Numbered from the stretch's first letter, positions 35,512 to 44,948 are shown. The stretch: DNA of 64,000 nt from Dehalococcoidia bacterium (GCA_965207225.1 CBDBLV010000003.1:154546-218545); one strand, 5' to 3'. The notes: generated by a model not told the origin, from the letters alone. A program made the numbers and translations.

Positions 35512-35567
35512 GGCGGGCGCAATCCTAGCACCCTTTTAGGCGAGGATGCGGCCCTAATCACTAAGGG

Positions 35568-35608
35568 AGAAAAAGAACCCCGGGAATGCTCAGCAGGTTC
35601 CCGGGGTT
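35568..35608 (-). terminator. rho-independent terminator after the HigA-like gene
   Basis: Perfect 11-bp stem AACCCCGGGAA / TTCCCGGGGTT (35576-35586 and 35598-35608), followed on the minus strand by TTCTTTTTCTCCC. Confidence 0.6.
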
Positions 35609-35632
35609 GGGTGACGATGGCGTGAGGAGAGG

Positions 35633-35953
35633 CTAATCCGTAGAGGAGTGATCGTTAAGCGGGCCAATCTCATCGATTAAGGCGAGAGGACATCCTAGCT
35701 CAAGCGCCAGCCGGTATCGGCCCTCAAGCCCAACCCAAACATGGGCAGGGATCCCCAGAACCTTCTCAAGCTGCACAGCCGTCCTTGGGGTAAGTGCCCT
35801 TTTGCCCAGTACAATTTCGTTGATGACGTGAAGGGGTCGCTTCATCTCGGATGCTAGACGGCGCTGGCTCATTCCGCGTGCTTCAAGCTCATCCCTGATC
35901 ATCAGGCCTGGAGGCATGGCGATTGTCGGTCTTCCCAGAGAACTAACTGGCAA
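35633..35953 (-). CDS. higA: HigA-family antitoxin (XRE-type HTH), no adjacent HigB
   Basis: PPGLMIRDELEARGMSQRRLASEMKRPLHVINEIVLGKRALTPRTAVQLEKVLGIPAHVW is the HigA/VapI pattern. TTG start at 35953 with AGGAGAGG upstream. Confidence 0.75.
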   Translation of the reverse strand: MPVSSLGRPTIAMPPGLMIRDELEARGMSQRRLASEMKRPLHVINEIVLGKRALTPRTAVQLEKVLGIPAHVWVGLEGRYRLALELGCPLALIDEIGPLNDHSSTD

Positions 35954-36051
35954 TGCACCTCTCCTCGAATATGAATATTTAGCTTTGGAAACGACTAATG
36001 CGCGTCAATGCAGATACCTTACACTGAATGCCCAAATGCGCTGCCGCCTCC

Positions 36052-36083
36052 CCGCTCATACTTTGAGGGCCTCAGCACGAGCG
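36052..36083. repeat. REP-like hairpin, family 2
   Basis: cgctcatactttgagggcctcagcacgagcgg. Confidence 0.7.
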
Positions 36084-36142
36084 GCCCCACATCCCCACCT
36101 GAGTCTATGTAGGCACCATTCTTGGTGAAGAGTTGGAAGGGC

Positions 36143-37429
36143 CTACCGGCCGTTACGCGCCCACTGCCGGACCATTGAGGGGTCTGGCTCTTGCTTGAGG
36201 CAGCCCCGAGCACCGCCGAGACGCTGGAAGTCCCGGGATCGCTTTGCCAGGTTACGGCGGAAGAGTATCAGGCCCCGGTCCAACAGCCCGAGCTTCTGCG
36301 GCCGCTCCAGGTTGATGTGCTCGTTCTTGAAGACTATCAGGTCTTCCTTTTCGTTGATGGCTATGACCCGAGCGGGCTTGTTCCAGAAGTAGTACCAGAC
36401 GTCCATCCACAGCTTGCCGAAGACGGTCCTCGGGGTCTTGCAGATGGTGAACGTCCAGACCCGGGTGTTCTCCTCGTCGACTGGTACACCCCAGCGCAGG
36501 TGCACCAGGCTCCCGATGCAGACCCTGATCTTCGTGGGCAGTTGGAGGTTGTGGTTGTAGGTGGCCCACGCCTTTTCGCCCGTGGCCGTGGCTATCATGC
36601 CGGCGTTTGGAGTCTTGGGTGCCGGGAGCTTGCGCCACCAAGTCTTGCGGGGCCACTTCCCCAGGCCCGGGTACTCCGCATGCCCGAACTTGGCCTCCGC
36701 GGTTTTGACCCAGATGTTGTCCTCTCCCTCGGATACTATCTCCGTGCCGCCGGTGGAAACCGACTTGGGCCGCCAGAAGGGGAACCGCCAGTCCACGAAG
36801 CGCCAAAAGTTGAGGCCCCGGTGCAGGTAGAACTCATGGTAGTCGATGCCCTGGTTCATGGGCTCGGTCCAGTTTGTTTCCCACATCTTGACCCTGGTGT
36901 ACTTGCGGCCCGTGAGCGTGGAGTCGGAGAACTCGTAGGGGAGGTCTTCTTCGAAGGGAACAGGGTCGGTCTCTCCCATCCACACGAGGACTATGCCGTT
37001 CCACTCGGCGGTGGGGTAGACCCGGGTGCGCATCTTGCCGACCAGCGGGGAGTCCGTGCTCTCTATCAGTCCGGCGACGCAGTTGCCCGACTCGTCAAAC
37101 GTATAGCCGTGGTAAGGACAAGTGACCGTGCCCTCGAACTCGCAGAAACCCCGGGAGAGCCGGGCCCCGCGGTGAGGGCACCACTCGTTAAGCGCGACGA
37201 CGTTGCCCTTCTTGCCCCGGAACAGCACCAGCTCCTCCCCGAGCATCTTGATGTTCTTCGGCTTCCGCCCGACCTCCTTCGACCAGACGCACGGGTACCA
37301 GTACTCCCGGAACCCGACCTTCGGCACGTAGTCGAACGGGCCAATCTGCGTAGCGCCGTAGGCCTCGTCCTGGACATCCGGTCTTTGGGTTGTAAGAGTT
37401 TCGATATCCCTCTTGGTCGTGACTACCAT
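36143..37429 (-). CDS. Rieske [2Fe-2S] non-heme-iron oxygenase, alpha-subunit-like
   Basis: Rieske motif CPHRGARLS..x..CPYHGYTF in the N-terminal domain, with a roughly 280-aa catalytic domain following. Confidence 0.85.
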   Translation of the reverse strand: MVVTTKRDIETLTTQRPDVQDEAYGATQIGPFDYVPKVGFREYWYPCVWSKEVGRKPKNIKMLGEELVLFRGKKGNVVALNEWCPHRGARLSRGFCEFEGTVTCPYHGYTFDESGNCVAGLIESTDSPLVGKMRTRVYPTAEWNGIVLVWMGETDPVPFEEDLPYEFSDSTLTGRKYTRVKMWETNWTEPMNQGIDYHEFYLHRGLNFWRFVDWRFPFWRPKSVSTGGTEIVSEGEDNIWVKTAEAKFGHAEYPGLGKWPRKTWWRKLPAPKTPNAGMIATATGEKAWATYNHNLQLPTKIRVCIGSLVHLRWGVPVDEENTRVWTFTICKTPRTVFGKLWMDVWYYFWNKPARVIAINEKEDLIVFKNEHINLERPQKLGLLDRGLILFRRNLAKRSRDFQRLGGARGCLKQEPDPSMVRQWARNGR

Positions 37430-37567
37430 AGCGCCTCACCCCTCGCTGACGGTCTAACAGGGAACCGCTTATGGGGCTGATTCTACCAGACGTGCGGTCG
37501 AGCAACAAAAGAAGGTGTGGAGGTTTCATTTTGTGTCGGGGCGGGATACCCTACGCCCGGAGGATTT

Positions 37568-38368
37568 ATGCCTGTACTGAGCAAGAGCCGTGAGGGTCGT
37601 AAAGAGATAATCGGCGTCGTGCACCTGCTGCCGCTCCCCGGGAGTCCCGGCTGGAAGGGAGACCTTGACGTTGTCGTGGAGCACGCCTTAAGGGACACCG
37701 AGGCCCTCGCCCGCGGCGGCATCGACGCCGTGATATTCGAGAACTTCGGCGACGTTCCTTTCCTGCGCGGGCCCCTGCCTCCCGAGACCATCGCAGCCAT
37801 GGCAGTGGTGATCGAGGGTGTGGCCAACAACGTCGAAGTTCCCTTCGGGGTGAACGTCCTGCGCAACGACCCCATCGCTGCCCTCGGCCTGGCCTATGCA
37901 ACAGGTGGCGAGTTCATAAGGGTCAATGTTCACACCGGCGTAATGGTCACCGACCAGGGGATCATCGAGGGTCGGGCCGAGGATACAGTGAGGAGAAGAA
38001 CTGCACTGTCAGCACCCGTCAAGCTCCTCGCAGATGTCCTGGTGAAGCACGCCGTGCCCCTGGGAGAACAGGACATCCGGGACGCTGCAAAAGCCGCTGT
38101 TTACAGGGGAATGGCCAATGCGCTGATAGTGACGGGGCCTTTTACGGGGAAAGAGGCCGACCTATCGGACGTAAAGGCGGTGAAGGAGTCGGTGCCGGAA
38201 GGCACTCCGGTGCTGGTCGGGAGCGGAATCACCGAGGCCAATATCGGGAGCTACCTGGAGTGGGCAGACGGGGTGATTGTGGGGACAAGCCTGAAGAGGG
38301 CTAGCGTGGTATCCAATCCGGTCGATGTGGAGAGGGTGGTGAGGCTCGTGTCGGCGGGGCGGGGCTAG
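37568..38368 (+). CDS. BtpA/SgcQ family protein
   Basis: Start at MPVLSKS (ATG 37568, GGAGG upstream). IIGVVHLLPLPGSPGW..GGIDAVIFENFGDVPF is typical of the BtpA family. Confidence 0.8.
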   Translation: MPVLSKSREGRKEIIGVVHLLPLPGSPGWKGDLDVVVEHALRDTEALARGGIDAVIFENFGDVPFLRGPLPPETIAAMAVVIEGVANNVEVPFGVNVLRNDPIAALGLAYATGGEFIRVNVHTGVMVTDQGIIEGRAEDTVRRRTALSAPVKLLADVLVKHAVPLGEQDIRDAAKAAVYRGMANALIVTGPFTGKEADLSDVKAVKESVPEGTPVLVGSGITEANIGSYLEWADGVIVGTSLKRASVVSNPVDVERVVRLVSAGRG

Positions 38369-38438
38369 GCAAAGGAAAAGCCCCGAGGCGCTTCAGCCTT
38401 ACGGCAGTCCCGGTGGACAACCCGGGAACCTCGGGGCT
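38369..38438 (-). terminator. branched GC-rich stem followed by a U-tract (minus-strand intrinsic terminator-like structure)
   Basis: Outer 10-bp stem AGCCCCGAGG/CCTCGGGGCT (38379-38388 and 38429-38438). It encloses TCCCGG..CCGGGA and GCC-GTAA-GGC hairpins. The minus strand continues TTTTCCTTTG. Confidence 0.45.
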
Positions 38439-38497
38439 CGGTGCCTGTGCGGATTCCGTAAACGGAACCCATCGGGCACAACATCGTGTCAAACCGT

Positions 38498-38542
38498 TTA
38501 CGTTACAGACACCTCACCAGTCCGTTTATCATCTATTTCCAA
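38498..38542 (-). other. candidate 14-codon micro-ORF (MEIDDKRTGEVSVT) behind a 15-nt perfect anti-16S-tail Shine-Dalgarno
   Basis: The minus strand reads AGAAAGGAGGTGATC (38559-38545), then 2 nt (AA) and TTG at 38542, so the GGAGG core lies 7 nt upstream. TAA at 38500-38498. Confidence 0.25.
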
Positions 38543-38695
38543 TTGATCACCTCCTTTCTTGATGTACTTCCAATATAAGGCCATTGTGGTGAATCGCGCA
38601 ATACCGGACTTGCACAAGCCGATGTGTATTGCTGAATGGGTGGGGCGGGTCTATCATGTCGAGCAAAATTTTTCGAGCCGGGGAAGGGGCGCAAC

Positions 38696-39949
38696 ATGGA
38701 CTCGGCAAACGGAGAAGCGGGATGTACCTCAGGGCCCTTGAAGGGAATTCGGGTCATCGAGCTGGCCGTATGGCACAACGGCGGCGCTGCCGGCTACATG
38801 CTCGGAGACCTGGGTGCCGACGTCATCAAGATTGAGCAGCCCCGAGTCGGAGACCCGAGCCGGGGCGTCACCCAGGCCTTCGGCCACAACCTCGAACTGC
38901 CCGGGGGTCGGACCCTGTGGTTCGAGATGGTGAACCGGGGCAAAAGGGCCATGACTCTCGACCTCAAGAGCCCTAAAGGCAAAGAGGTCATGCACAAGCT
39001 CATCGCCGAGGCCGACGTCTTCTTCACCAACTACACCTCGGACGTCGTCGAACGTCTGGGTGCCGACTACGAGACCCTCTCCGCCATCAATCCCCGGCTC
39101 GTCTGGGCCATAAACACCGCCTACGGCACCCGGGGCCCGCTGGCCAACAAGCACGGCTACGACTCATCCATCCAGGCCCACACCGGCTATGCCTATCGCA
39201 TGGGCAACGCCGAGGGCGGGGACCCCATAATCGTCGGGGGCGGCACCTTCGACCAGTTGGGCGCAACGATGCTGGTCTACGGCATCATGGCCGCGCTGAT
39301 AGCCAGGGAGAAGCAGGGCGTCGGGCAGGCGGTGGAAGCCTCGATGCTGGGCAGCTCCGTACACCTGCAGCACGACAACTTCCACATGTACCTCTGGAAG
39401 AACGATTCGACCTTCGGAACATCCCCACGGGCTTCACTGGACCCCTTCGTAAACTGGTACAGGTGCGCTGACGGCAAATGGATCATGCTCAACGAGCCCC
39501 ATCCCGAGAGGGTCTGGGAAGCGTTCTGCTCCACCATGGGGCTGGACAGGTATGTGGACGACCCCCGCTTCGACACCCTCGCCGTAAGGCTGGAAAACGC
39601 GGCGGCCTTCAGGGACATCCTGATCGAGACCTTCGGGTCTAGACCCAGGCAAACGTGGACCGACCTGTTCACCAAAAGGAAGGTACGGTTCGTCTACACC
39701 CTGGTGAATACGGTGGCCGAGTCCGCCGCCGACCCCCAGGTCCTTGCCAACGAGTACGTGGTCGAGACCCAGCACCCGACAATGGGCGCCACCAGGACCA
39801 CGGGCCTGCCGATCAAGTTCTCCAGGACACCGGCGGAGGTCGGGCATGCGGCCCCCGAGTTCGGCCAGCACACGGAAGAGGTCTTGACCGAGGTGTGCGG
39901 GTATGGCTGGGAAGAGGTCGTCGAGCTGCGGGAGTCGGGCGTGGTCTAG
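38696..39949 (+). CDS. CaiB/BaiF family (class III) CoA-transferase
   Basis: Start at MDSANG (ATG 38696). GPLKGIRVIELAVWHNGGAAGYMLGDLGADVIKIEQP is the canonical family N-terminus. Confidence 0.85.
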   Translation: MDSANGEAGCTSGPLKGIRVIELAVWHNGGAAGYMLGDLGADVIKIEQPRVGDPSRGVTQAFGHNLELPGGRTLWFEMVNRGKRAMTLDLKSPKGKEVMHKLIAEADVFFTNYTSDVVERLGADYETLSAINPRLVWAINTAYGTRGPLANKHGYDSSIQAHTGYAYRMGNAEGGDPIIVGGGTFDQLGATMLVYGIMAALIAREKQGVGQAVEASMLGSSVHLQHDNFHMYLWKNDSTFGTSPRASLDPFVNWYRCADGKWIMLNEPHPERVWEAFCSTMGLDRYVDDPRFDTLAVRLENAAAFRDILIETFGSRPRQTWTDLFTKRKVRFVYTLVNTVAESAADPQVLANEYVVETQHPTMGATRTTGLPIKFSRTPAEVGHAAPEFGQHTEEVLTEVCGYGWEEVVELRESGVV

Positions 39950-39961
39950 CCTGCGCTTATA

Positions 39962-41242
39962 ATGGCTGCCAGTACTATGGCAGCCATATCCCGGGAAACC
40001 TCCCACCAGCGTCCCCCCGCCGAGGATCCGATACCGCCGTACCGATGGGCGGTCATAGGGGCCATGTCATCGGGCATTGCCACCTCCATGGCGATGCTCT
40101 TTTTCATCGGTCTCCTTCTCCCCGACATCTCCGAGGAGATGGGCCTGTCCCCAACACAGCAGGGTCTGGTGGGGTCCTCCGCATTGCTGGTGAACCTGGT
40201 GCTTGTTATGCCGATAAACAGCCTGATGTCCAGGTTCAGGCCCCGTCGCATGCTCACCTTTGCCCTGCTGGTAGTCGCCGGGTCGGTGTTCATCCAAGCC
40301 CGGGCCCCGGTATTCGGGGTGCTGATTCTGGGCAGGGTTGTCCTGGCCCTCGGGACCATGTTCACCCAGGCCCCGAGAGTCCTGCTCATCCAGCAGTGGT
40401 CCAACCGTCGCCAGATGGCCATGACCAACGGCATCCTGGTGGGAAGCGTTGACATGATGTTCGGTGCGGTGTCATTTATGACGCCGTTCATCGTCCAGTG
40501 GTCAGGAGGGTGGAGGCGGGCGCTGGATACGTGGGGTTTTGTGTGCATTGCTCTGATGCTGGTGTGGTTCGTAGTGGGTCGGGAGCGGGGGGCGGAGGAG
40601 CAGAGGGCCCGGGTGAAGGAGCAGGAGGGCACGCCCCTGAAGACCGTCCTGAAGTACCGGGAGCTTTGGTATGCCAGCATAGGCCTCTTCGGAGTGGTGC
40701 TGGCGGAGATGGCCTTCAGCGTGTTCTGGCCGACCTTCGCAGAGACCCAGCTGAACCTGTCGGCTACGATGGTCGGGGTGGCGGTCGGGATTTCGGCCAT
40801 AGCCGCCGCCCCGAGCTCCATCGGCATCAACGCCGTGGCCTTCTTCAACCGCAACAGACCCCTTGTCCTGGCTACCTGCGGGATCGCCAAGTTCATCCTC
40901 ATCCTGCTGTTGCTCTACACCGAGCCCGCAGCCCTCGTAATCCTCCTGACGACGCTCAAGGGCATCTTCTCTGCCTTCTTCGCCGTGCTGATGGGCATGG
41001 TATTCTACCTGCCCAACATCAAACCCAGGGAGGTCGCCGTCGGGCAGGCGTTCCTGAGGTTGTCCATATCCACCGGCGCAGCCCTGGGGCCGATGATGGT
41101 GGGGTTCGTCCAGGAAGCGACGGGAGACCTGCGTCAGGCGCTGTTGTATACGGCCTTTGCACCGCTGGCCCTCGTCCTGACCTCGGCGCTGTTGTGGAAG
41201 CCGGGTCGGGCCTCCGGCCTCGAGCCCCGGGCCACGACCTAG
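39962..41242 (+). CDS. MFS transporter (third, more distant paralogue of 32959/34279)
   Basis: 426 aa, about 12 TM. Shares the LLPDISEEMGLSP / GGWRRALDTWGF blocks with the tandem pair. Confidence 0.85.
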   Translation: MAASTMAAISRETSHQRPPAEDPIPPYRWAVIGAMSSGIATSMAMLFFIGLLLPDISEEMGLSPTQQGLVGSSALLVNLVLVMPINSLMSRFRPRRMLTFALLVVAGSVFIQARAPVFGVLILGRVVLALGTMFTQAPRVLLIQQWSNRRQMAMTNGILVGSVDMMFGAVSFMTPFIVQWSGGWRRALDTWGFVCIALMLVWFVVGRERGAEEQRARVKEQEGTPLKTVLKYRELWYASIGLFGVVLAEMAFSVFWPTFAETQLNLSATMVGVAVGISAIAAAPSSIGINAVAFFNRNRPLVLATCGIAKFILILLLLYTEPAALVILLTTLKGIFSAFFAVLMGMVFYLPNIKPREVAVGQAFLRLSISTGAALGPMMVGFVQEATGDLRQALLYTAFAPLALVLTSALLWKPGRASGLEPRATT

Positions 41243-41324
41243 AGGAACGATGCGTAAGCCATAACTCTGACATCGTCATCATCCCCGTCCCCGTCCATGC
41301 TTAAGCGCCCCCGCCGTATTGAGG

Positions 41325-42896
41325 CTAGCCGGAGTCTGTCACCCGCTCTCCATGAAAGCTGCCCATCCCCGGCATGGTTACCGTCACCCGCTCGCTGCGT
41401 CCCGCGTCGGGCTGGAACTCCAGGACCGCTGGCCATTCCAACCAGACGAAGCTCCCGTCCTCAGTCTCCCGGACCTCCGACAGGTAGGGCGGAAACAGCT
41501 CGCCGCTCAAATCTTCTTCCCCGTTGGAGTAGAGCTTGTCTCCCCGGCGGATGATGTCCAGGGCGGGGTGCTGACCGAGAAACCCGACTATCGAATACCG
41601 ACCCACATGATTGTCGAACCGGGAGGGGTCAGGCACAGCGAATTCCCTAGACATTGACGGCGGAAGCGCCACCTCCGCTATGGAGACGGTGCGGTGGAAT
41701 ATCAGGCAGTCCCAGGCAAGTCCCGGCGCCTGGGGGGTATAGCGAAGATTGTGACGTGTCATCCGCTCGGTGTTCAGCCAGTCCGCCACGGGCCCTGAGT
41801 CCGGCGCCCCACGCAGGTCCAGGAAGAAGCAGTCCGGCCCGACCTGGTCATAGGCGAAGGCGTTGGAGTCGGGTATCGGGTCTTCGCCCTTGACGGAGTA
41901 GGTGCAGGAAACGCCGATGTACAGCAGCTTTTCCCTGCCTATACGATTTGCAGCGTAGGAACCCATGGAGGTCCCTTTCTGGATTCGCACCGGGTACAGC
42001 TGCAGGTGGCTGTTGTGGGCCCCGACAACCATCCGGGCCCCGGGGCCTTCACGTTTCAGGATCCATTCCAGGGAACAGGCCATGGAGACGTCGCGGGTAT
42101 TCCAGAAGGCCCGGAACCCGTCGTCGGAATCGAGGTCCCCGGTCTGGGCCAGGGTCAGGAACAGGTCGCGTAAGATCTCTGCACTCCTCAACGCCCATTC
42201 GTAGTCGTCCTGTGAACTGGCCTCGATGTAAGCCAGCCTGCGTTGTTCGATCAGGTTCACAACCAGGGTCGATTCCGCGATGAGCCTGCGCCAGGTTTCT
42301 TCTTCAACGTCGCCCCGATTGTCAAAATTGATGCCTCGGACCGGCCCTCCAAAAATAGTCTCCACTTGGTCGGCAAGACCGTCATCCACCTTGCGGCCAA
42401 ATTCCACCACCGCATTGAAAGCGTGCCGTGCATGGAACCAATTCCCGGAGCCGTCCATCCCGTAGAAGCGCAGTTCCCGGTCACGGTCGGGGTTGGCGTT
42501 GTAGTCCCTCATCCACTGGATAAGCTCCTGGAGCTCCGCCCATATCCCCCAGGCATTGGTCACCGAGTTGACCACCGTATCCCAGTCGACATCCGCCCCA
42601 GCCACGTATTCGTGGATTGCACGGCTTTCAACCAGCCCCGACTCCAGCACGAAAGTGTTGAATCCGTGCTCTTCGACAAGGTACTTGAACACACGCGCAC
42701 GGATGCGGTTCCATTCGTGCAGGTAGTGGGCGTTCTCGCCGATTGCTACGATGCGGGCGTCCCCGACCACCTCCCCCAGGAACCCCAGATCGTCATAGTT
42801 CTCATCATGCCGGGGAATGGAGAGGGGAATGGCCTCGCCCCGCGCCCAGGCTATGAAGGGTCCTGCGTCGACCGCCGTGTTCTTTTCATCGGCCAT
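41325..42896 (-). CDS. erythromycin-esterase (EreA/ChaN-like) family protein
   Basis: Start at MADEKNT (ATG 42896, GGAGG upstream). ARIVAIGENAHYLHEWNRIRARVFKYLVEEHGFNTFVLESG is the family hallmark. Confidence 0.8.
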   Translation of the reverse strand: MADEKNTAVDAGPFIAWARGEAIPLSIPRHDENYDDLGFLGEVVGDARIVAIGENAHYLHEWNRIRARVFKYLVEEHGFNTFVLESGLVESRAIHEYVAGADVDWDTVVNSVTNAWGIWAELQELIQWMRDYNANPDRDRELRFYGMDGSGNWFHARHAFNAVVEFGRKVDDGLADQVETIFGGPVRGINFDNRGDVEEETWRRLIAESTLVVNLIEQRRLAYIEASSQDDYEWALRSAEILRDLFLTLAQTGDLDSDDGFRAFWNTRDVSMACSLEWILKREGPGARMVVGAHNSHLQLYPVRIQKGTSMGSYAANRIGREKLLYIGVSCTYSVKGEDPIPDSNAFAYDQVGPDCFFLDLRGAPDSGPVADWLNTERMTRHNLRYTPQAPGLAWDCLIFHRTVSIAEVALPPSMSREFAVPDPSRFDNHVGRYSIVGFLGQHPALDIIRRGDKLYSNGEEDLSGELFPPYLSEVRETEDGSFVWLEWPAVLEFQPDAGRSERVTVTMPGMGSFHGERVTDSG

Positions 42897-43025
42897 AATC
42901 GGGTGTCCTCCTTCGATGTTATCCGAGAGTATACGGGTTAACGATAATCCCAGGTTATCGGAAGCTCCATTGGGGTAAAGTACGTTGAGCCGCGACTCCC
43001 GGGCCATAACGCAGGGATAAGGTGC

Positions 43026-43670
43026 ATGAGCAGACAGACAGGAGACCCCTTCCGCCCCGAGTACTTCAGGAGAGAGGACGAAAGGCCCGACGTACTCTTC
43101 TACGCCGAACCCCGCCTTGTAGTCCACATAGACGCACACGCCATCCGGGCCATAGGGGACTACCTGTCAGAGACCCTGCCCTCCGGGGGCGTGATACTGG
43201 ACCTGATGAGCAGCTGGAGGTCCCACTTGCCGGAGGACCAGGCGAGAGGGAAGGTGGTCGGGCTTGGGCTCAACGGCGTTGAGATGAACGAAAACCCCCA
43301 ATTGGACGACGCCGTAGTCCACGACCTTAACGCCAGTCCTGCCTTGCCCTTTCGAGATGCGACCTTTGATGCTGCAATTCTGACGGTGTCGGTGCAGTAC
43401 CTGACCAGGCCCGAACAGGTATTCGCAGAGGTGGCGAGGGTCCTGAAGCCCGGGGCCCGGTTCCACGTAATCTATTCCAACCGCATGTTCCCAACCAAGG
43501 CAACCGCCATCTGGAAAGCGCTCTCGGACGGGGACAGGGCGAAACTAATCGGGGCATATTTCCGGCGGTCGGGGAGATGGGACGAACCCAAGGCACGGGA
43601 CATCACCCCGAGAACCGGGGCCTACAATGACCCGGTGTACGTGGTTTCGGCAGCGTCAATTGACAAGTGA
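43026..43670 (+). CDS. class I SAM-dependent methyltransferase
   Basis: VILDLMSSW (motif I-like), FDAAILTVSVQYL and VLKPGARFHV. Confidence 0.7.
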   Translation: MSRQTGDPFRPEYFRREDERPDVLFYAEPRLVVHIDAHAIRAIGDYLSETLPSGGVILDLMSSWRSHLPEDQARGKVVGLGLNGVEMNENPQLDDAVVHDLNASPALPFRDATFDAAILTVSVQYLTRPEQVFAEVARVLKPGARFHVIYSNRMFPTKATAIWKALSDGDRAKLIGAYFRRSGRWDEPKARDITPRTGAYNDPVYVVSAASIDK

Positions 43671-43694
43671 CAATGGCGACTTTACATTCTTGAT

Positions 43695-43985
43695 GTGATC
43701 CATTCTTTCAGACACAGCGGGCTCAGCGCATTCTTCAGTAAAGTGGAGAAGCAACAGGTCTATACTGAGCATGCCAAAAGGCTAAGACGCGTCTTGACAA
43801 TGCTCAACAGCAGTACGTCCATGGAGAGTCTGAATTTTCCAGGACTTCGGATTCGCCGGCTTTCGGGAAAGAAGAATGGTCATTACGCTGTGTTGGTGTG
43901 GGACAATTGGTGGATTACCTTTCGCTTTAAAGACGGAAACTTATACGATGTCGACTACAGGACTTTCACTGTGGAGGCGATGTGA
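43695..43985 (+). CDS. higB: HigB-like toxin (plasmid-maintenance killer, RelE superfamily)
   Basis: MIHSFRHSGLSAFF..LRIRRLSGKKNGHYAVLVWDNWWITFRFKDGNLYDVDY. 4-nt overlap (ATGA-type) with the following HigA. Confidence 0.8.
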   Translation: MIHSFRHSGLSAFFSKVEKQQVYTEHAKRLRRVLTMLNSSTSMESLNFPGLRIRRLSGKKNGHYAVLVWDNWWITFRFKDGNLYDVDYRTFTVEAM

Positions 43986-44302
43986 TGCCGATGGCCGACC
44001 CCTGTCATCCCGGCGAGATAATTAGACACGAATGCCTGGCGCCATTGGACCTGCACGTTAAAGGGGCGGCCAGGGAGTTGGGCGTAAGTCGGCAGGCGTT
44101 TTCGAACCTGCTCAACGCCAGGGCCGGGGTGTCGACGAGCATGGCTTTCAGATTGTCCAGGGTGTTCGGCTCTACGCCCGAGACGTGGCTCGCCATGCAG
44201 ACGGCATACGACCTCTGGCAGGCGCGAGAACGGGCAAAAGAGACCAAGCCCGATGATTTACCGGGCCCGGCGCTGCCTAGCCGGACCCCGACTCCTCCGT
44301 GA
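43982..44302 (+). CDS. higA: HigA antitoxin (XRE HTH)
   Basis: HPGEIIRHECLAPLDLHVKGAARELGVSRQAFSNLLNARAGVSTSMAFRLSRVFGSTPETWLAMQ. The 3' end overlaps the convergent TlpA gene by 26 nt. Confidence 0.8.
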   Translation: MMPMADPCHPGEIIRHECLAPLDLHVKGAARELGVSRQAFSNLLNARAGVSTSMAFRLSRVFGSTPETWLAMQTAYDLWQARERAKETKPDDLPGPALPSRTPTPP

Positions 44303-44948
44303 TCCCCACACTCCCCAGGGCCGCAATAATCTCTTCCCGGCTCAGAAATGCCCCGAACTTGATGTGCCGGATCACACCCTGCTCATCCAGGATGAACGTC
44401 CACGGAAGACCCGGCACCTGGTAGGAGTTCGCGACCTCGCGGCGGGTGTCGAGGACCGTGGGCATCGTCAAGCCTAGCAGCTCCTTGTATCCCTTTACCC
44501 TCTCCGCGGACTCCCGGACGTCCACCGCCAGCACCACCAGTTCATCACCCAGCGACTGGTGGACGCTCTCTATCTCCGGCATCTCGAAGCGGCAGGGCCC
44601 GCACCAGACCGCGAAGAAGTTGATGAAAACGGGCTTCCCCCGGTAGTCGCTGAGAACAATGACCTCGCCCTCTTCCGTCTCAAGCCGGAAGTCCGGCGCA
44701 AGGGTCCCGACTTCCGCGCCTATGGGAAGGTCGTCGGGATTGGGTGTCTCCTTGATGCCCAACCTCAGCGCCGACTCCGGCGTCGGGGTGGCGGTGGGGA
44801 TGGGAAGGGAGGTGGGTGTAGGTCTGACGGTTGGCTCGGCAGTAGGCTCGGGGGTGGGGGTGTCCGCGGGGCTGGAACACGCTACCGCGATGAGCAGGGT
44901 GAGGGCCAGGAGGAGAAGCAGTAGTCGTATGCACCTTTTGCCGTTCAT
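44277..44948 (-). CDS. TlpA/ResA-like thiol-disulfide oxidoreductase lipoprotein
   Basis: Lipobox LLIAVAC-SS, Pro/Thr linker and thioredoxin-fold active site FFAVWCGPCRFE. Confidence 0.85.
   Translation of the reverse strand: MNGKRCIRLLLLLLALTLLIAVACSSPADTPTPEPTAEPTVRPTPTSLPIPTATPTPESALRLGIKETPNPDDLPIGAEVGTLAPDFRLETEEGEVIVLSDYRGKPVFINFFAVWCGPCRFEMPEIESVHQSLGDELVVLAVDVRESAERVKGYKELLGLTMPTVLDTRREVANSYQVPGLPWTFILDEQGVIRHIKFGAFLSREEIIAALGSVGITEESGSG

Noticed and set aside
36191-37480. 429-aa plus-strand ORF
   Set aside because: Antisense shadow of the Rieske oxygenase gene (CPHRG..CPYHG motif on the minus strand).
38301-38492. 63-aa minus-strand ORF and a 39-codon ATG ORF across the structured region after btpA
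   Set aside because: No SD. They overlap the btpA 3' end or the terminator stems. The composition is typical of GC-rich non-coding hairpins.
38545-38559. GATCACCTCCTTTCT, identical to the 3' end of 16S rRNA, considered as the end of an rRNA gene
   Set aside because: The upstream sequence lacks the conserved helix-45 and AAGTCGTAACAAGG region, and nothing else in the window is rRNA-like. I interpret it as an extended SD on the opposite strand.
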